From contig CAVQNG010000003.1 in NCBI GenBank assembly GCA_963713825.1, positions 1,024,001 through 1,088,000 of the forward strand: DNA of 64,000 bases, given 5' to 3'. Shown here in pieces: positions 31,858 through 42,303 of this stretch (position 1 is its first letter; every line of letters begins with the position of its first letter). The DNA is from an uncultured Acidobacteriota bacterium (GTDB taxonomy: Bacteria > Acidobacteriota > Thermoanaerobaculia > Multivoradales > JAHEKO01). The translations under genes were made by a program, and so were the position numbers. Under the pieces are notes generated by a model. That model did no database searches. It was not told where the DNA came from and saw only the letters and a program-made list of their open reading frames with translations.

Positions 31858-34180
31858 GTTCCCCACCCTAGCAGCCCTACTGTTGGCCGGATTGGTGCTC
31901 CTGCCGAGTTGTGGGTCTCGAGAGGAGGGATCGATTCCTGAGGAGGCCGGCAGCACTCCCGAGGCCACCTACGTCGGCAGGGAGGCGTGCTCGAGTTGTC
32001 ACTCCACGGAAAACCGGCTCTGGGAAGGCTCGCATCACGACCTGGCCATGCAGGTGGCCGACAAGTTCACGGTCCTCGGCGATTTCGACGACGCCACCTT
32101 CACCTACAACGACATCACCTCTACCTTCTTCCAACGAGACGGGAAGTTCTTCATCCGAACCGACGGTCCCGATGGCAATCTCGAAGACTACGAGATCGCC
32201 TACACCTTCGGGGCGGTGCCGCTGCAGCAGTACCTGATCGAGTTTCCGGATGGCCGCTATCAGGTATCGAGTCTCTGCTGGGACACGCGGCCGGCCGAGG
32301 AGGGCGGACAGCGGTGGTTTCACCTCTATCCGGATGCGGCCATCGACCATGAAGACGAGTTGCACTGGACAGGGCCGAATCAGAACTGGAACTTCATGTG
32401 TGCGGAGTGCCACTCGACCGATTTGAAGAAACGTTTCCTCGCCAACGAGAAGCGCTTCGATACCACCTATTCGGAGATCAACGTCTCTTGTGAGGCCTGT
32501 CACGGGCCGGGTTCACTGCATGTGGAATGGGCCGACGCGGTCGCTTTGCGCAGGAAGCCTCCCTACGACAACGGGCATATGGGTCTGGTAGTGCGGCTCG
32601 AAGATCCGGGCAGAGGTACCTGGATCGTGAGTCCCGAAACGGGAAGTGGCACGCGGATGGCACCCACGGTCGAGACCTGGGAGATGGAGACGTGCGCGCG
32701 CTGCCACTCGCGGCGCGGCCTGATTTGGGAACAGTACGAGTTCGGGAAGCCGCTTCTCGATACCCATCGCCTGGCGGTGCTGGAGGAGGGGCTCTACCAC
32801 GCCGACGGCCAGATCGAGGAGGAGGTCTACGTTCATGGCTCCTTTCTGCAGAGCAAGATGTTCCAGAAGGGCGTGACCTGCAGCGATTGCCATGATCCGC
32901 ACAGCCTCGAGATGCACTTCCCCGGCGACTCGGTCTGTGTGCGCTGCCACTCGCGGACGAAATTTGCCACCCAGGAGCATCACTTCCACAAGCCCGAAAC
33001 CAAGGGTGCCTTCTGCGTCGACTGTCATATGCCGCCCAAGAACTACATGGTGGTGGATCCGCGCCACGATCACAGCCTGCGGATCCCCCGGCCGGATCTG
33101 TCCTTGAAGATTGGCACTCCGAACGCTTGCAACGACTGCCACGCGGACAAGTCGGTACAGTGGTCGATGGATTGGATCGTCAAGTGGTACGGCCCAGAAC
33201 GTCGGCAGGAGGCCCACTATGGCGAGGCCCTGCACGCGGCGCGAGTGGGCATGCCTGGTGCGGAGCAGGCGCTGACGGCGTTGATTGAGAACGAGGAGGC
33301 ACCGGCGATCGCCCGAGCCACGGCGCTGACGCTGCTGCCGAGGTATCTCACGATCGGCAGCCTGCCGGTTGTCGAACGAGCGCTCGGCAGTCGGGATCCA
33401 CTGCTGAGGATGGCGGCTGTCGGTGCAACCGAAGCCGTGGAGGCCTCCTCCAGGCTATCCCTGGCCTATCCGCTGCTGCATGACCCGGTCCGCGCTGTGC
33501 GCTTCGAGGCGGCGAATCGCCTCGCCTCCGTGCCGCGGGAGCTCTTCTCCTCCCCTCAGGAGACCGCGCTCCAGAACACCCTGGCCGAATATCGGGAGTC
33601 GCTCCGCGTCAACGCGGATCGCGCCGAATCTCATCTGAGCCAGGCCTGGTTGCACTCGATGAGCGGTGAGCTCGAAGAAGCGGAAGAGGCTTACCTCGAG
33701 GCAATCGAGCTGAATCCGTTTCTCCCGACCACCTACATCAACATCGCGGATCTTTACAGGATGCAGGGTCGCGATGCAGAGGGCGAGAGGATGCTCCGCA
33801 GGGCCGTAGAGCTCTACCCTGAAAGTGGCGACATCCGGCACGCCCTGGGCCTGAGCCTCATCCGACTTCAGCGTCCCGTCGAAGCGCTCAGCGAGCTGAG
33901 GTTGGCCGCCGAAGCGATGCCCGAATCGGCCCGCTACTCCTATGTCTACGGAGTCGCACTGCTCGACTCGGGCGAGCCTCAGCAGGGTTTGAAGGTGCTG
34001 GAGGAAGCGCACCGAAGGCACCCGACCGACCGAGAGATCCTCGTGGGCCTGGTGTCGATCTACCGCTCGAACGGCGATTTGGGCACCGCCCTGGACTACG
34101 CCCGCAAGCTCCAGGCCCTGGTACCGCAAGACCCCAACGTCCAGCGCATGGTCCAGGATCTCGAGACCTCGGGATCGTAA
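31838..34180 (+). CDS. Octaheme c-type cytochrome lipoprotein with HEAT and TPR repeats
   Basis: Eight CxxCH motifs (CSSCH, CAECH, CEACH, CARCH, CSDCH, CVRCH, CVDCH, CNDCH), lipobox LPSC, C-terminal TPRs; GTG start inferred. Confidence 0.9.
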   Translation: MSDAAAEFPTLAALLLAGLVLLPSCGSREEGSIPEEAGSTPEATYVGREACSSCHSTENRLWEGSHHDLAMQVADKFTVLGDFDDATFTYNDITSTFFQRDGKFFIRTDGPDGNLEDYEIAYTFGAVPLQQYLIEFPDGRYQVSSLCWDTRPAEEGGQRWFHLYPDAAIDHEDELHWTGPNQNWNFMCAECHSTDLKKRFLANEKRFDTTYSEINVSCEACHGPGSLHVEWADAVALRRKPPYDNGHMGLVVRLEDPGRGTWIVSPETGSGTRMAPTVETWEMETCARCHSRRGLIWEQYEFGKPLLDTHRLAVLEEGLYHADGQIEEEVYVHGSFLQSKMFQKGVTCSDCHDPHSLEMHFPGDSVCVRCHSRTKFATQEHHFHKPETKGAFCVDCHMPPKNYMVVDPRHDHSLRIPRPDLSLKIGTPNACNDCHADKSVQWSMDWIVKWYGPERRQEAHYGEALHAARVGMPGAEQALTALIENEEAPAIARATALTLLPRYLTIGSLPVVERALGSRDPLLRMAAVGATEAVEASSRLSLAYPLLHDPVRAVRFEAANRLASVPRELFSSPQETALQNTLAEYRESLRVNADRAESHLSQAWLHSMSGELEEAEEAYLEAIELNPFLPTTYINIADLYRMQGRDAEGERMLRRAVELYPESGDIRHALGLSLIRLQRPVEALSELRLAAEAMPESARYSYVYGVALLDSGEPQQGLKVLEEAHRRHPTDREILVGLVSIYRSNGDLGTALDYARKLQALVPQDPNVQRMVQDLETSGS

Positions 34181-34214
34181 CGTTCTGGGCCCCGGGCGAC
34201 GGATCTGGTCGTGT

Positions 34215-34293
34215 GGGGGTCCGACGCGGGGCCCCCAGGGGGCTATCCTCCCTTCCGCTGCAAGAACCCCCTGGAGGTCCCCACGCCGAACCC
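34215..34293. repeat. Long imperfect inverted repeat between convergent genes
   Basis: GGGTCCGACGCGGGGCCCCCAGGGGG ... CCCCCTGGAGGTCCCCACGCCGAACCC. Confidence 0.6.
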
Positions 34294-34328
34294 TTGGAGC
34301 CGCTGTAGGTCCCCTGCAGAGCTGTTTA

Positions 34329-34358
34329 CCCCTACGCCCCTAAGCCTCTAAGCCCTTA
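34329..34358 (-). repeat. Octamer array (CCCCTA(C/A)G on +) x~4
   Basis: cccctacg cccctaag cctctaag ccctta. Confidence 0.85.
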
Positions 34359-34370
34359 CTACCTCCACCG

Positions 34371-34546
34371 GTGCTAGAGGTTCGTTCGGCTGGTTCGTCA
34401 GGGGGTGCCACGTCGAGCGCAGCGCAAGGTCCATTGAAGAGCACAATAGATCCGGCGCGATGACGTGACAAGGTGGCGGCCCACCCATCGCAGTCTGAGT
34501 AGCCGACGCCGTCCCCCAGGCGAGCCAGCCGGACGGGCCTCTACAC
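34371..34546 (+). ncRNA. Putative structured RNA/ssDNA element, copy B
   Basis: Homologous to reverse complement of 15551-15730; ~25-bp terminal stem with several G-U pairs. Confidence 0.65.
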
Positions 34547-34597
34547 GACAACCGCTGCAGGAGGTGATTCGATGGGTCGGCAGGGACGCCGGCTGCC

Positions 34598-35125
34598 TCA
34601 ACCCTTCGCGGAGCGAACGATGTCGCGCAAGATTTTCTGGTGGTGATGGTGGTGGACGACGGTGAAGCGGAGCCACTGAGAAGCATCGAGGCGCCCGAAG
34701 ACGGGATGGGGCACAGTGGCGATCGAGGTGGTGAGTTGCCCAGCCGAGGTCTGAAGCTCGACGAACCCCTGGCGCACAGCCACCAGCTTGTCGTGAACGT
34801 CCTCACTTGGGATTTCTTGCGGCACCACCCCTTTCGGTGCCTTGCCTCGTCCTCGGGGTATGTAGCCGGCCCACAAGCAAATACGCCCGACCAGGGTGGG
34901 TTTCCCCGGCTTGCCACCCTCGGGATTGGCCAGCAGCTTCGAAAGCCCGTCCAGGGTGAACTCGTCACTCAAGGTCAGGTGCTCCACGTGCTTGCCGACG
35001 CTCCAACTGGAGACGGATTCCGATTGCCGCGACATCTCCTCTGGACGACCGGCCAGGTCGATCAGGTCATCCAGGCTGGCGACGATCTCCTGCAGGCTCT
35101 TCTTGGTGCCGGTTGTCTTCGACAT
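34598..35125 (-). CDS. DinB-family protein
   Basis: WSVGKHVEHL, HPVFG, F...HHHHHQK. Confidence 0.85.
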   Translation of the reverse strand: MSKTTGTKKSLQEIVASLDDLIDLAGRPEEMSRQSESVSSWSVGKHVEHLTLSDEFTLDGLSKLLANPEGGKPGKPTLVGRICLWAGYIPRGRGKAPKGVVPQEIPSEDVHDKLVAVRQGFVELQTSAGQLTTSIATVPHPVFGRLDASQWLRFTVVHHHHHQKILRDIVRSAKG

Positions 35126-35133
35126 CACGACAA

Positions 35134-36855
35134 TTATGTCAGTGACATCTCTTCGATCACCCGTCTGGCGACCGAAAGGTTGTCCAACTTCGTTGCAGCG
35201 AGGTGACTCTTGCCATCTGCCGTCTCCACGACAACGCGGTAGTAGAGCTTCTTGCCCGACTGCATCCCTCGCACCGGCTTGATGCTGGAGGTTTCCGATC
35301 GGGGGATGCGATGTGTCTTTCCCAGGCCGAGAATGCCGCCCGAGAGAACGAGCTCCTGCGGACGGCACTCCACGCGACGTTTCTCGAGCCAGAGGTCGAG
35401 CACCGCGAACAGGAGGAGCAGATCGAAAACGCCGAAGACAATGGGGAAGAGGAGTCCTGCATCCAGATGGATCAGCAAGGCGGTGAGACCCGTCCACAGT
35501 AGAGTGAACATGGTGACGGCCCAGGCAGCACCCTTCTGCCTGGCCGGCGCGAAGGTCAGAGCGAAGCCGCCCTCGGGCAACCAGTCCTTGCTGATTCCCT
35601 CGCTTGCGAGATCGACCTGGACGCCCTCCTGAGTCTCTTCCGTGGGCCAAGGACTTTCTTCGGGCTCGCTGTCGCGTCGGCTCTCGGCGGTGAGAAAGAC
35701 CGGCACCTCGAACTGTGCCGAGAAGTCGATGCCAGTCGTCTCGGCAGTGGCCTCCAGCTTCCACAAAGTCTTGTCGTCGGCGCTGCGTTCCTCGGTCGGC
35801 TCGACCTCGTAGGGGATCGCGAAGGAGACCGGAATGGAGGATCGGGTCGGGTCGTAGTCGAGTGTCTCTCGATCGATGTGGCGGGTCGCTTGCCACTGAA
35901 CGCGCTCACTCGTGCTGCGATTCTTGCCGCTTCCAGTTGTGACTCGATGAATCGAGCTCAGGGTCAGGTCGAAGCCGGAGATGGGCTTGATATCGACCGA
36001 GGTGAGAATGCGTCCAGCGAGCGGTCCGCCGACAACGCCCGGAATCGTCGACATCTCGAAGACCGAATCGCCGAACTTCTTCCAGTGAAGAAACGACCGC
36101 ACGGCCCAGACGATCAGGCCCAGTCCGACCACCGGGAAGATCAGACCGATCAACGCCAGTTTGTTGTCGTTTTCGAGGACCTCGCTTGGGAGCACGAAGA
36201 GGAGGGGCGCGGAGATCAGATTCCAGAAGAGGGCGAAGATCAATGGAAAGAGGAACTGGATGTTCCCGGAGGTCCGGACCCGGCCGTCGGTCCAGTCGCT
36301 GTTCCACCGCCAGGGAGCTTCAGGGTGCTGGGCCTCGAGTTGCTCCTGTTCGACAACCTTCCGTTTGCCCCAGAAGCCGGCGGCCATCATACCGACGCCG
36401 GCTCCGGTGAAGAGCAGCGAGAAGACTCCCATGAGGGCAAACAGGCCCCAACGCATTTCGCGAAAGAGGATTGTCTCAGTGGGGTCGTCGGGATTTACGA
36501 AGCATCGGAAGGGCTCGCCACTGCTTTGGTATCGCGCCAGCTCGGAGTATCGATCCTGGTGAAACGAGCCGATGTTGTCCGAGCCACCGCTCAAACCTAC
36601 GCGTTCACCTGAATAGGTTTGGTTCTCCCAGCGGTATTCATAGCGCGCGGTGACCTGATAGGTCGTTGAGTCGCTGCCTTGATTGACTTCGAGGTCGGCC
36701 TGCAGGATGCGAGCCGGGGTCTCGACCCACTGGCGGGCCTCATACCAGGTGATGAGGCTTCTGCTGGCCAAATAGCCCACCACGAGGCCGCCGGCCGCAA
36801 ACGGCAGAGCGAAAAGAATCAGGCACCCCAGGCCCCGGCTGGATTTCGTCAGCAT
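35134..36855 (-). CDS. DUF3592-domain membrane protein
   Basis: TM, WVETPARI...YEY...YSG...VNPDDP, further TM pairs; start inferred at MLTKS. Confidence 0.75.
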   Translation of the reverse strand: MLTKSSRGLGCLILFALPFAAGGLVVGYLASRSLITWYEARQWVETPARILQADLEVNQGSDSTTYQVTARYEYRWENQTYSGERVGLSGGSDNIGSFHQDRYSELARYQSSGEPFRCFVNPDDPTETILFREMRWGLFALMGVFSLLFTGAGVGMMAAGFWGKRKVVEQEQLEAQHPEAPWRWNSDWTDGRVRTSGNIQFLFPLIFALFWNLISAPLLFVLPSEVLENDNKLALIGLIFPVVGLGLIVWAVRSFLHWKKFGDSVFEMSTIPGVVGGPLAGRILTSVDIKPISGFDLTLSSIHRVTTGSGKNRSTSERVQWQATRHIDRETLDYDPTRSSIPVSFAIPYEVEPTEERSADDKTLWKLEATAETTGIDFSAQFEVPVFLTAESRRDSEPEESPWPTEETQEGVQVDLASEGISKDWLPEGGFALTFAPARQKGAAWAVTMFTLLWTGLTALLIHLDAGLLFPIVFGVFDLLLLFAVLDLWLEKRRVECRPQELVLSGGILGLGKTHRIPRSETSSIKPVRGMQSGKKLYYRVVVETADGKSHLAATKLDNLSVARRVIEEMSLT

Positions 36856-37104
36856 CGCAGGCTTCAATCGCTGGCTTGTGGATCCCGAGTATATGGGGGA
36901 GACCTCAATGGCGATGTACCCTCTTCCACTGCCTCGGGACTTCGACTCTGTTGAATGTGTGCATTTGTACCTATCGTTATGTGTTGCATAAGCGCGCGGC
37001 AGAATCTCGGTTATCCTGAGGTCGGTAAATTGCTTTGTTGGTCGATGGGTTCGGGCGGATCCTGACGGGTCCACTAGTCGCAAAGCAAAGACGAAAGCGC
37101 GTTC

Positions 37105-37869
37105 ATGAAGCTACCTCTTCAGCCATCGGTTTCGGCGAGAATGCCGGGTAAGCGCCAAATGGAGGCCCTGGACAAGATCCTCTCCGATGGCGTTCTGGAC
37201 CTGGTCTTCCAGCCGATCTTCGAGTTGGCTACCGGAGAAGTATTCGGCTACGAGGTGCTGACGCGCAGCCCGTCGCCGGTGTTCAAGGGCCCGGAGGCTC
37301 TGTTCAGTGCGGCGAGCAGTGCCGGATTGGTAGGTGAGTTGGGCAGGTTGCAGCGGTCCCTGGCCATGAGCATTGCTCCTGGCAACCCGCTTTTCATCAA
37401 CGTGCACCCATCAGAGTTCGATTATCCCTTTCTGGTCCAGCCCGACGACCCTATTTTCCGGCACGGGGAGGATGTCTTTCTCGAAGTCACCGAATCGGCA
37501 CCGTTGAGCTACTTCGAGCAGTGCATCAGTGTTCTCGGTGAGTTACGCAAGAAGGGCATCCAGGTGGCGATCGACGATTTCGGAGCGGGATTCTCCAACG
37601 TCAAGTACATAGCCGACCTGGCGCCAGATATTGTCAAGCTCGACCGCGAGTTGATGAGCCAGGTGCACCACGGGTCACGGCAATTCCGGTTGCTCATGTC
37701 CATCGTACGGTTGTGCAAGGACATGGGGGCCCGGGTGGTGGCGGAAGGCATCGAGACCACGGAGGAGTATGTGGTTGCCGAGCACGCTGGCGCCGATTTC
37801 TGCCAGGGCTATCTGCTGGGCCGCCCGGCGTCAGTGGCCGCCGGCGAGAGTTGGGCCCCTTCCAGCTAG
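37105..37869 (+). CDS. Stand-alone EAL-domain protein
   Basis: FQPI, YEVLTR, FINV, LEVTE, DDFGAGFS, VKLDR, AEGIE, QGY. Confidence 0.92.
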   Translation: MKLPLQPSVSARMPGKRQMEALDKILSDGVLDLVFQPIFELATGEVFGYEVLTRSPSPVFKGPEALFSAASSAGLVGELGRLQRSLAMSIAPGNPLFINVHPSEFDYPFLVQPDDPIFRHGEDVFLEVTESAPLSYFEQCISVLGELRKKGIQVAIDDFGAGFSNVKYIADLAPDIVKLDRELMSQVHHGSRQFRLLMSIVRLCKDMGARVVAEGIETTEEYVVAEHAGADFCQGYLLGRPASVAAGESWAPSS

Positions 37870-38007
37870 AAGGACTCTCCAGAACAGCAGAACGGGCGCA
37901 CACTACCTCTGATTCGAGGCGTGCGAAATCCCTTGGGGCGTTAAGATCCCCCGGAGTCCACCAAGAGTAGTGGGCCGATCAAGACAAGCGAAAGCGCGAG
38001 GCGTGAG

Positions 38008-39084
38008 ATGACGATGACTGAATTTCTCGACAAGTCCTTCTTGGGAAATCCCATTTCGAGTTGGCTGCTGGCCGCAGGGATAGCATTCTTGACCCTTCTG
38101 TTGCTGGGCTCCCTGCGCTATCTGATCCAGAAGCGCCTCACGAAGCTGGCGCAATCGACCGAGACGGTTGTCGACGATCTCATCGTCAAGGTCCTCGAGA
38201 GCACTCGCATGGTGTTCCTTCTTGTCGTGGCTCTCTGGGCCGGCTCGCGGGCCCTGCAGTTGGCTCCGAGCGTACAAAGAACCGTGTTCATCGTGACCGT
38301 GATCGTCCTCTTGTACCAGGTCGGTCAGTGGGCGACGGCGGCGTTGATGAAGTGGCTGTCGATTGTCCGAGAAGAGAAGAGTGGTCAGGGCGAGGCGCTG
38401 ACGTGGTTGAGCGGCATCGAGTGGCTCGGCAAGATCCTGATTTGGAGCATCGTTGCTCTTCTGGGCCTCGAGAATCTGGGAGTCGACATCACTGGGCTGG
38501 CAGCCGGGCTAGGCATTGGTGGCATCGCCGTAGCTCTCGCGGCTCAGAATATTCTGGGTGATCTTTTCGCGGCCTTCTCGATCTATATCGATCAGCCATT
38601 CGTGATCGGGGACTACCTTACTGTCGGCAGTTTCAATGGCACCGTGGAATCGATCGGGATGAAGACTACCCGCCTCAAGAGCCTCACGGGCGAGCAGCTG
38701 ATCTTCGCGAACAGCGATCTCGTCGATAGTCGCATCCAGAATTATGGGCGCCTGGTGGAACGACGCGCCGCTTTTACAGTCGGCGTGACCTATGACACGC
38801 CGACTGCGAAAGTCGAGAAGATCCCCGGCATGATCGAAGAGGTCGTAGAGTCCCAGGACCATGCGCGATTCGACCGCTCGCACTTCAAGGAGTTTGGCGA
38901 CTCCGCGTTGATCCTGGAGACGGTCTACTATGTGCTGCTGCCGGCCTACCAATACAAGATGGACATTCAACAGGCCATCAATCTGGAGCTCTTGCGGCGT
39001 TTCGAGTCCGAGGGAATCGAGTTCGCCTTTCCGACGCAGACGATCCATCTGGAGAGCAGCGATGTCGATCGGCCTCAGACCTGA
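38008..39084 (+). CDS. MscS-family mechanosensitive channel
   Basis: GLGIGGIAVALAAQNILGDLF, PFVIGD, GIEFAFPT. Confidence 0.93.
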   Translation: MTMTEFLDKSFLGNPISSWLLAAGIAFLTLLLLGSLRYLIQKRLTKLAQSTETVVDDLIVKVLESTRMVFLLVVALWAGSRALQLAPSVQRTVFIVTVIVLLYQVGQWATAALMKWLSIVREEKSGQGEALTWLSGIEWLGKILIWSIVALLGLENLGVDITGLAAGLGIGGIAVALAAQNILGDLFAAFSIYIDQPFVIGDYLTVGSFNGTVESIGMKTTRLKSLTGEQLIFANSDLVDSRIQNYGRLVERRAAFTVGVTYDTPTAKVEKIPGMIEEVVESQDHARFDRSHFKEFGDSALILETVYYVLLPAYQYKMDIQQAINLELLRRFESEGIEFAFPTQTIHLESSDVDRPQT

Positions 39085-39092
39085 GAAGTGTC

Positions 39093-39905
39093 CTATTCCT
39101 CGATCGCTTCGATGAGCGTCCCGTCTGGGCGCACGAACCGAAAGTCGGAATGCGCTTTCGGAATATGCTCGCGGGCCAACCGTTCGACACCTTCGAGCGT
39201 GTCGCGGATGACGCGACCGGCACCCAGACTCTGCGCGAAGCCCAAGAACCCTCCCGGGTCAGAATAGGTCACGTACTCGATCAAGGTGCACTCGGCACCG
39301 AGAGGCGTCATCAACCAGGCACCGCGACTGGCTCGAATCGGCGACAGGCCAAGGTCGTTCAAGGTCCGAGCATGCTCCTCGGGTAGGGACTTCTCACCCC
39401 TGGAGTCCATCAGATCCCACCAGCGCAACTCCCAAAGCCGGGTGTCAGACTCGGCGAAGAGCTCCTCGCTCATCACCACCTGATCGATCCACCATCGACC
39501 GACCCCAGCTCGCTTGAAGTACTGAAAGAGAATCCGGTCCTGGCCTCGAGGGGTACCACCGATGACTTCTGAATGCAGTACCGGCAGGTAGCCACCCTGG
39601 GCGTAGTGGTCCTCATCATTCACCGCCATCCAGAGAGTCTCGATGGGTTGATCGGATACGAGGACCGCCTGGCCCACCTTGCCGTCGTTCTTGACCGCTA
39701 CCTTGCCCGGCTTGGCGGCCGCCTTCTCGTATAGGGACTTCGGGGGTTGCAGACCGAACTCTCGCGTTCGCGCCGCGTTGGTGAGATCCAACCTGTCGAT
39801 CCGCTCGAGAACCACTTGCGAAGAAGGACACTCGGCGCCGACAGTCTGTACGCCGACAATGACAAGGGAGATGGTGAACCACAAAGTAGGCGGCGGTTTT
39901 CGCAT
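39093..39905 (-). CDS. Exported hypothetical protein, possible START/SRPBCC fold
   Basis: Signal peptide; RGAWLMTPL...TLIEYVTYSDPGG C-terminal pattern. Confidence 0.6.
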   Translation of the reverse strand: MRKPPPTLWFTISLVIVGVQTVGAECPSSQVVLERIDRLDLTNAARTREFGLQPPKSLYEKAAAKPGKVAVKNDGKVGQAVLVSDQPIETLWMAVNDEDHYAQGGYLPVLHSEVIGGTPRGQDRILFQYFKRAGVGRWWIDQVVMSEELFAESDTRLWELRWWDLMDSRGEKSLPEEHARTLNDLGLSPIRASRGAWLMTPLGAECTLIEYVTYSDPGGFLGFAQSLGAGRVIRDTLEGVERLAREHIPKAHSDFRFVRPDGTLIEAIEE

Positions 39906-40054
39906 TCTGGAATCGCGTTCAAGATGGCACGAAAGGGCAGGTTCTGAGACCCAGAGTGTGGCAAGATGCTGGGGACAGTCTACATTCTTCCTGGAGCGTT
40001 CCAGGCACGGCGTCGCTCTGTGGGCGACGTCACGGAAAGGGAAAGGAGCTGAAC

Positions 40055-40687
40055 ATGGCTGAAGCTATTGCAGCACCGCTGGCCAAGGCAGTGAAGAAGG
40101 ACTCCACCACGCTGATCATTCTCGGTGTTCTGACCGTGGTCTTGGGCGTGCTGGCGATGATGTCGCCGCTGGTGGCAGGTATGACCGTCGCCGTTATGGT
40201 TGGCTTTCTAATGATCATCGGTGGCATTGCGCGAACCTTCTTCGCCTTCAAGGCGCAGTCGTGGGGCAAGGGAATCCTGGCCTTTGTGCTGGGGATTCTG
40301 ACGCTCGTTGTCGGTTTGGTAATGGTCTTCCGGCCAGTTCTGGGCCTGACCTCCTTGACACTGGTGCTGGTTGCCTACCTCGTTATCGACGGCATCGTCG
40401 AGATTTTCGAGGCATTTGACCTCAAACCACTCAAAGGCTGGGGATGGATGCTCTTTGGAGGCATCGTCTCAATGTTGCTGGGAATCATGATCTGGAGGCA
40501 GTGGCCCGTCTCCGGTGTCTGGGCGATCGGCATCCTGTTGGGGATCAAGTTGATCTTCGCCGGCGTGGCCATGACAGCCATCGGCGGCGCAGGGCGAAGC
40601 ATCGCTGGCACGGCCGAGGACGTCGTGGAGGACGTCAAGGAAGCGGCTCAAGACGCGGTTGAGTCCGTCAAAGACGCGATCGACTGA
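40055..40687 (+). CDS. HdeD/DUF308 membrane protein
   Basis: Six TMs, GWGW, WPVSGVWAIGILLGI; AAGGAG SD. Confidence 0.88.
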   Translation: MAEAIAAPLAKAVKKDSTTLIILGVLTVVLGVLAMMSPLVAGMTVAVMVGFLMIIGGIARTFFAFKAQSWGKGILAFVLGILTLVVGLVMVFRPVLGLTSLTLVLVAYLVIDGIVEIFEAFDLKPLKGWGWMLFGGIVSMLLGIMIWRQWPVSGVWAIGILLGIKLIFAGVAMTAIGGAGRSIAGTAEDVVEDVKEAAQDAVESVKDAID

Positions 40688-40783
40688 CCAGCAGCCCGCA
40701 TCAGGATCTTGGAAGTCGAGAGACCGTACCCAGCGGCGGTGCGGCGGGTGGGGTCTTGAGGGCTTGAAGCGGCCGGACCTGTG

Positions 40784-42082
40784 TGTAGGACCTCAAGACA
40801 TGGTTGACAGTTCGACCTCAGGACATCGCTGACACCTTGGGGGTGCGGACAGGGCGGACCACCGCGGTGGTCCGCCCTGTCTCGAGGTCGATCTCACGCA
40901 CGTGCATATGGCGGTAGCTGACCAGGATCTTCTCCTCAAACCTCTCCAATCGTACTCGTTTCCCGTCGAGGGAGTGACAGACAAAATAGTAGCGTTGCCG
41001 CTCATACAAGCAGCCATTGCTGCTGAGCTGGCGCACCTCCGAGCCGGGAGGGTACTCCCACTCCGGCGGCTGCGACTGGTAGCGCTTGCGACTCGGACGA
41101 TAGCGGTGCGCCGGTGGAGTATCGGCCAGGGCCTCGTGGGGGCGGATCTGGTTGTAGACCTGCCGAAACGTGTCCAGCGCCGTCTGAAAGCCCTCGAGGC
41201 TCTGGGGCTGCGCCCTGAGGCGTATCGACTCGTTTAAGGTCCGGTGAAAGCGCTCCACTTTGCCCTGGGTCTGAGGGTGCCCGATCCCACCGTAGATCAG
41301 GTCAATGCCCTGACGGATCAGAAACACACTCAAGCGCGTCAGGCCGTGTCCGTTCGTCGTGGCCCACCACGGATTGCCATGATCCATCAGCATCGCTCTG
41401 GGTACCCCGTAGTGCTCAAAGCAAGCAATCAAACGACGCTTGACCTCATGGCCATGTTGAGAGGGCAAGGCGTCGAGGCTCAAGGCATAGCGGCTGTGAT
41501 CATCCAAAACCGACAGTGGATAGCACATGGCCCCACCGTGGAGCCGATAAGGACCCTTGAAGTCCATCTGGACGAGCTCCATCGGTCGGGAGCGTTCAAA
41601 TCGGCGCAGTGCCGGCCGGTGGCGCTCGCCCGCGCGCACCAGACCCCGTCGCTTGAGGATTCGATCCACCGTCGAGCGGGGTAGCTCAATACCCTCGGCG
41701 GCCAGCAAGAGACTCAGCTTGCGCCCGGCCCAGCCATGCAGTCGACGCAGCGCGACGACACGCTGCTCGACCTCAAAGGGCGTCTGATTCGGGCTTCGGT
41801 GCGGTCGGCGCGAGTGCTCGGCGAGCTCAGCCAGGCTCCCGACCTGCTCGGAGCGACGCAACCACTTGTAGCCGGTCTGACGAGAGATCCCAAACTCCCG
41901 GCATAACGCCGCCATCTCGCACCCAGGCTGCCGGGCCCGCACCACAAACGAGATCCGCTCACTCATCACATCGCTCTCCTTCCAGGGCATCTCAGACCTC
42001 CTTTAAGCCAAGGCCTGGAATTGTCCCAAAGTGTCAGCGATGTCCTGAGGTCAATGTGTCAGCGATGTCCCGGGGTTGTACA
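40784..42082 (-). mobile_element. IS481-family insertion sequence (1299 bp) with 7-bp target duplication ACCTGTG
   Basis: TGT...ACA ends, 26-bp imperfect terminal IRs, perfect 22-bp subterminal IR (40814-40835 / 42031-42052), TSD at 40777-40783 and 42083-42089. Confidence 0.93.
40818..41990 (-). CDS. IS481-family DDE transposase
   Basis: MPWKE, LCREFGISRQTGYKW HTH, QMDFKG, MDHG, GKVERFH. Confidence 0.95.
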   Translation of the reverse strand: MPWKESDVMSERISFVVRARQPGCEMAALCREFGISRQTGYKWLRRSEQVGSLAELAEHSRRPHRSPNQTPFEVEQRVVALRRLHGWAGRKLSLLLAAEGIELPRSTVDRILKRRGLVRAGERHRPALRRFERSRPMELVQMDFKGPYRLHGGAMCYPLSVLDDHSRYALSLDALPSQHGHEVKRRLIACFEHYGVPRAMLMDHGNPWWATTNGHGLTRLSVFLIRQGIDLIYGGIGHPQTQGKVERFHRTLNESIRLRAQPQSLEGFQTALDTFRQVYNQIRPHEALADTPPAHRYRPSRKRYQSQPPEWEYPPGSEVRQLSSNGCLYERQRYYFVCHSLDGKRVRLERFEEKILVSYRHMHVREIDLETGRTTAVVRPVRTPKVSAMS

Positions 42083-42303
42083 ACCTGTGCCGGCCGGGGT
42101 GGGTGGAGGACGTTGAAGAGGCCATCACTCTGGTCAACCAATGTGGCCGGCTTTCGAGCCGGCCGTTCTGTGTCAGGAGGCCTCCAGGCGATTACAATGT
42201 GCAGCACCAGTCGGGCGCTCCCGTAGGCGAGCCCGGATTTGAAGAGCCGAAGCTCGGTGCGGGTGGCTACTGTGTGCGCGTTGCCGCGTCGAGGAGAGAT
42301 GTC

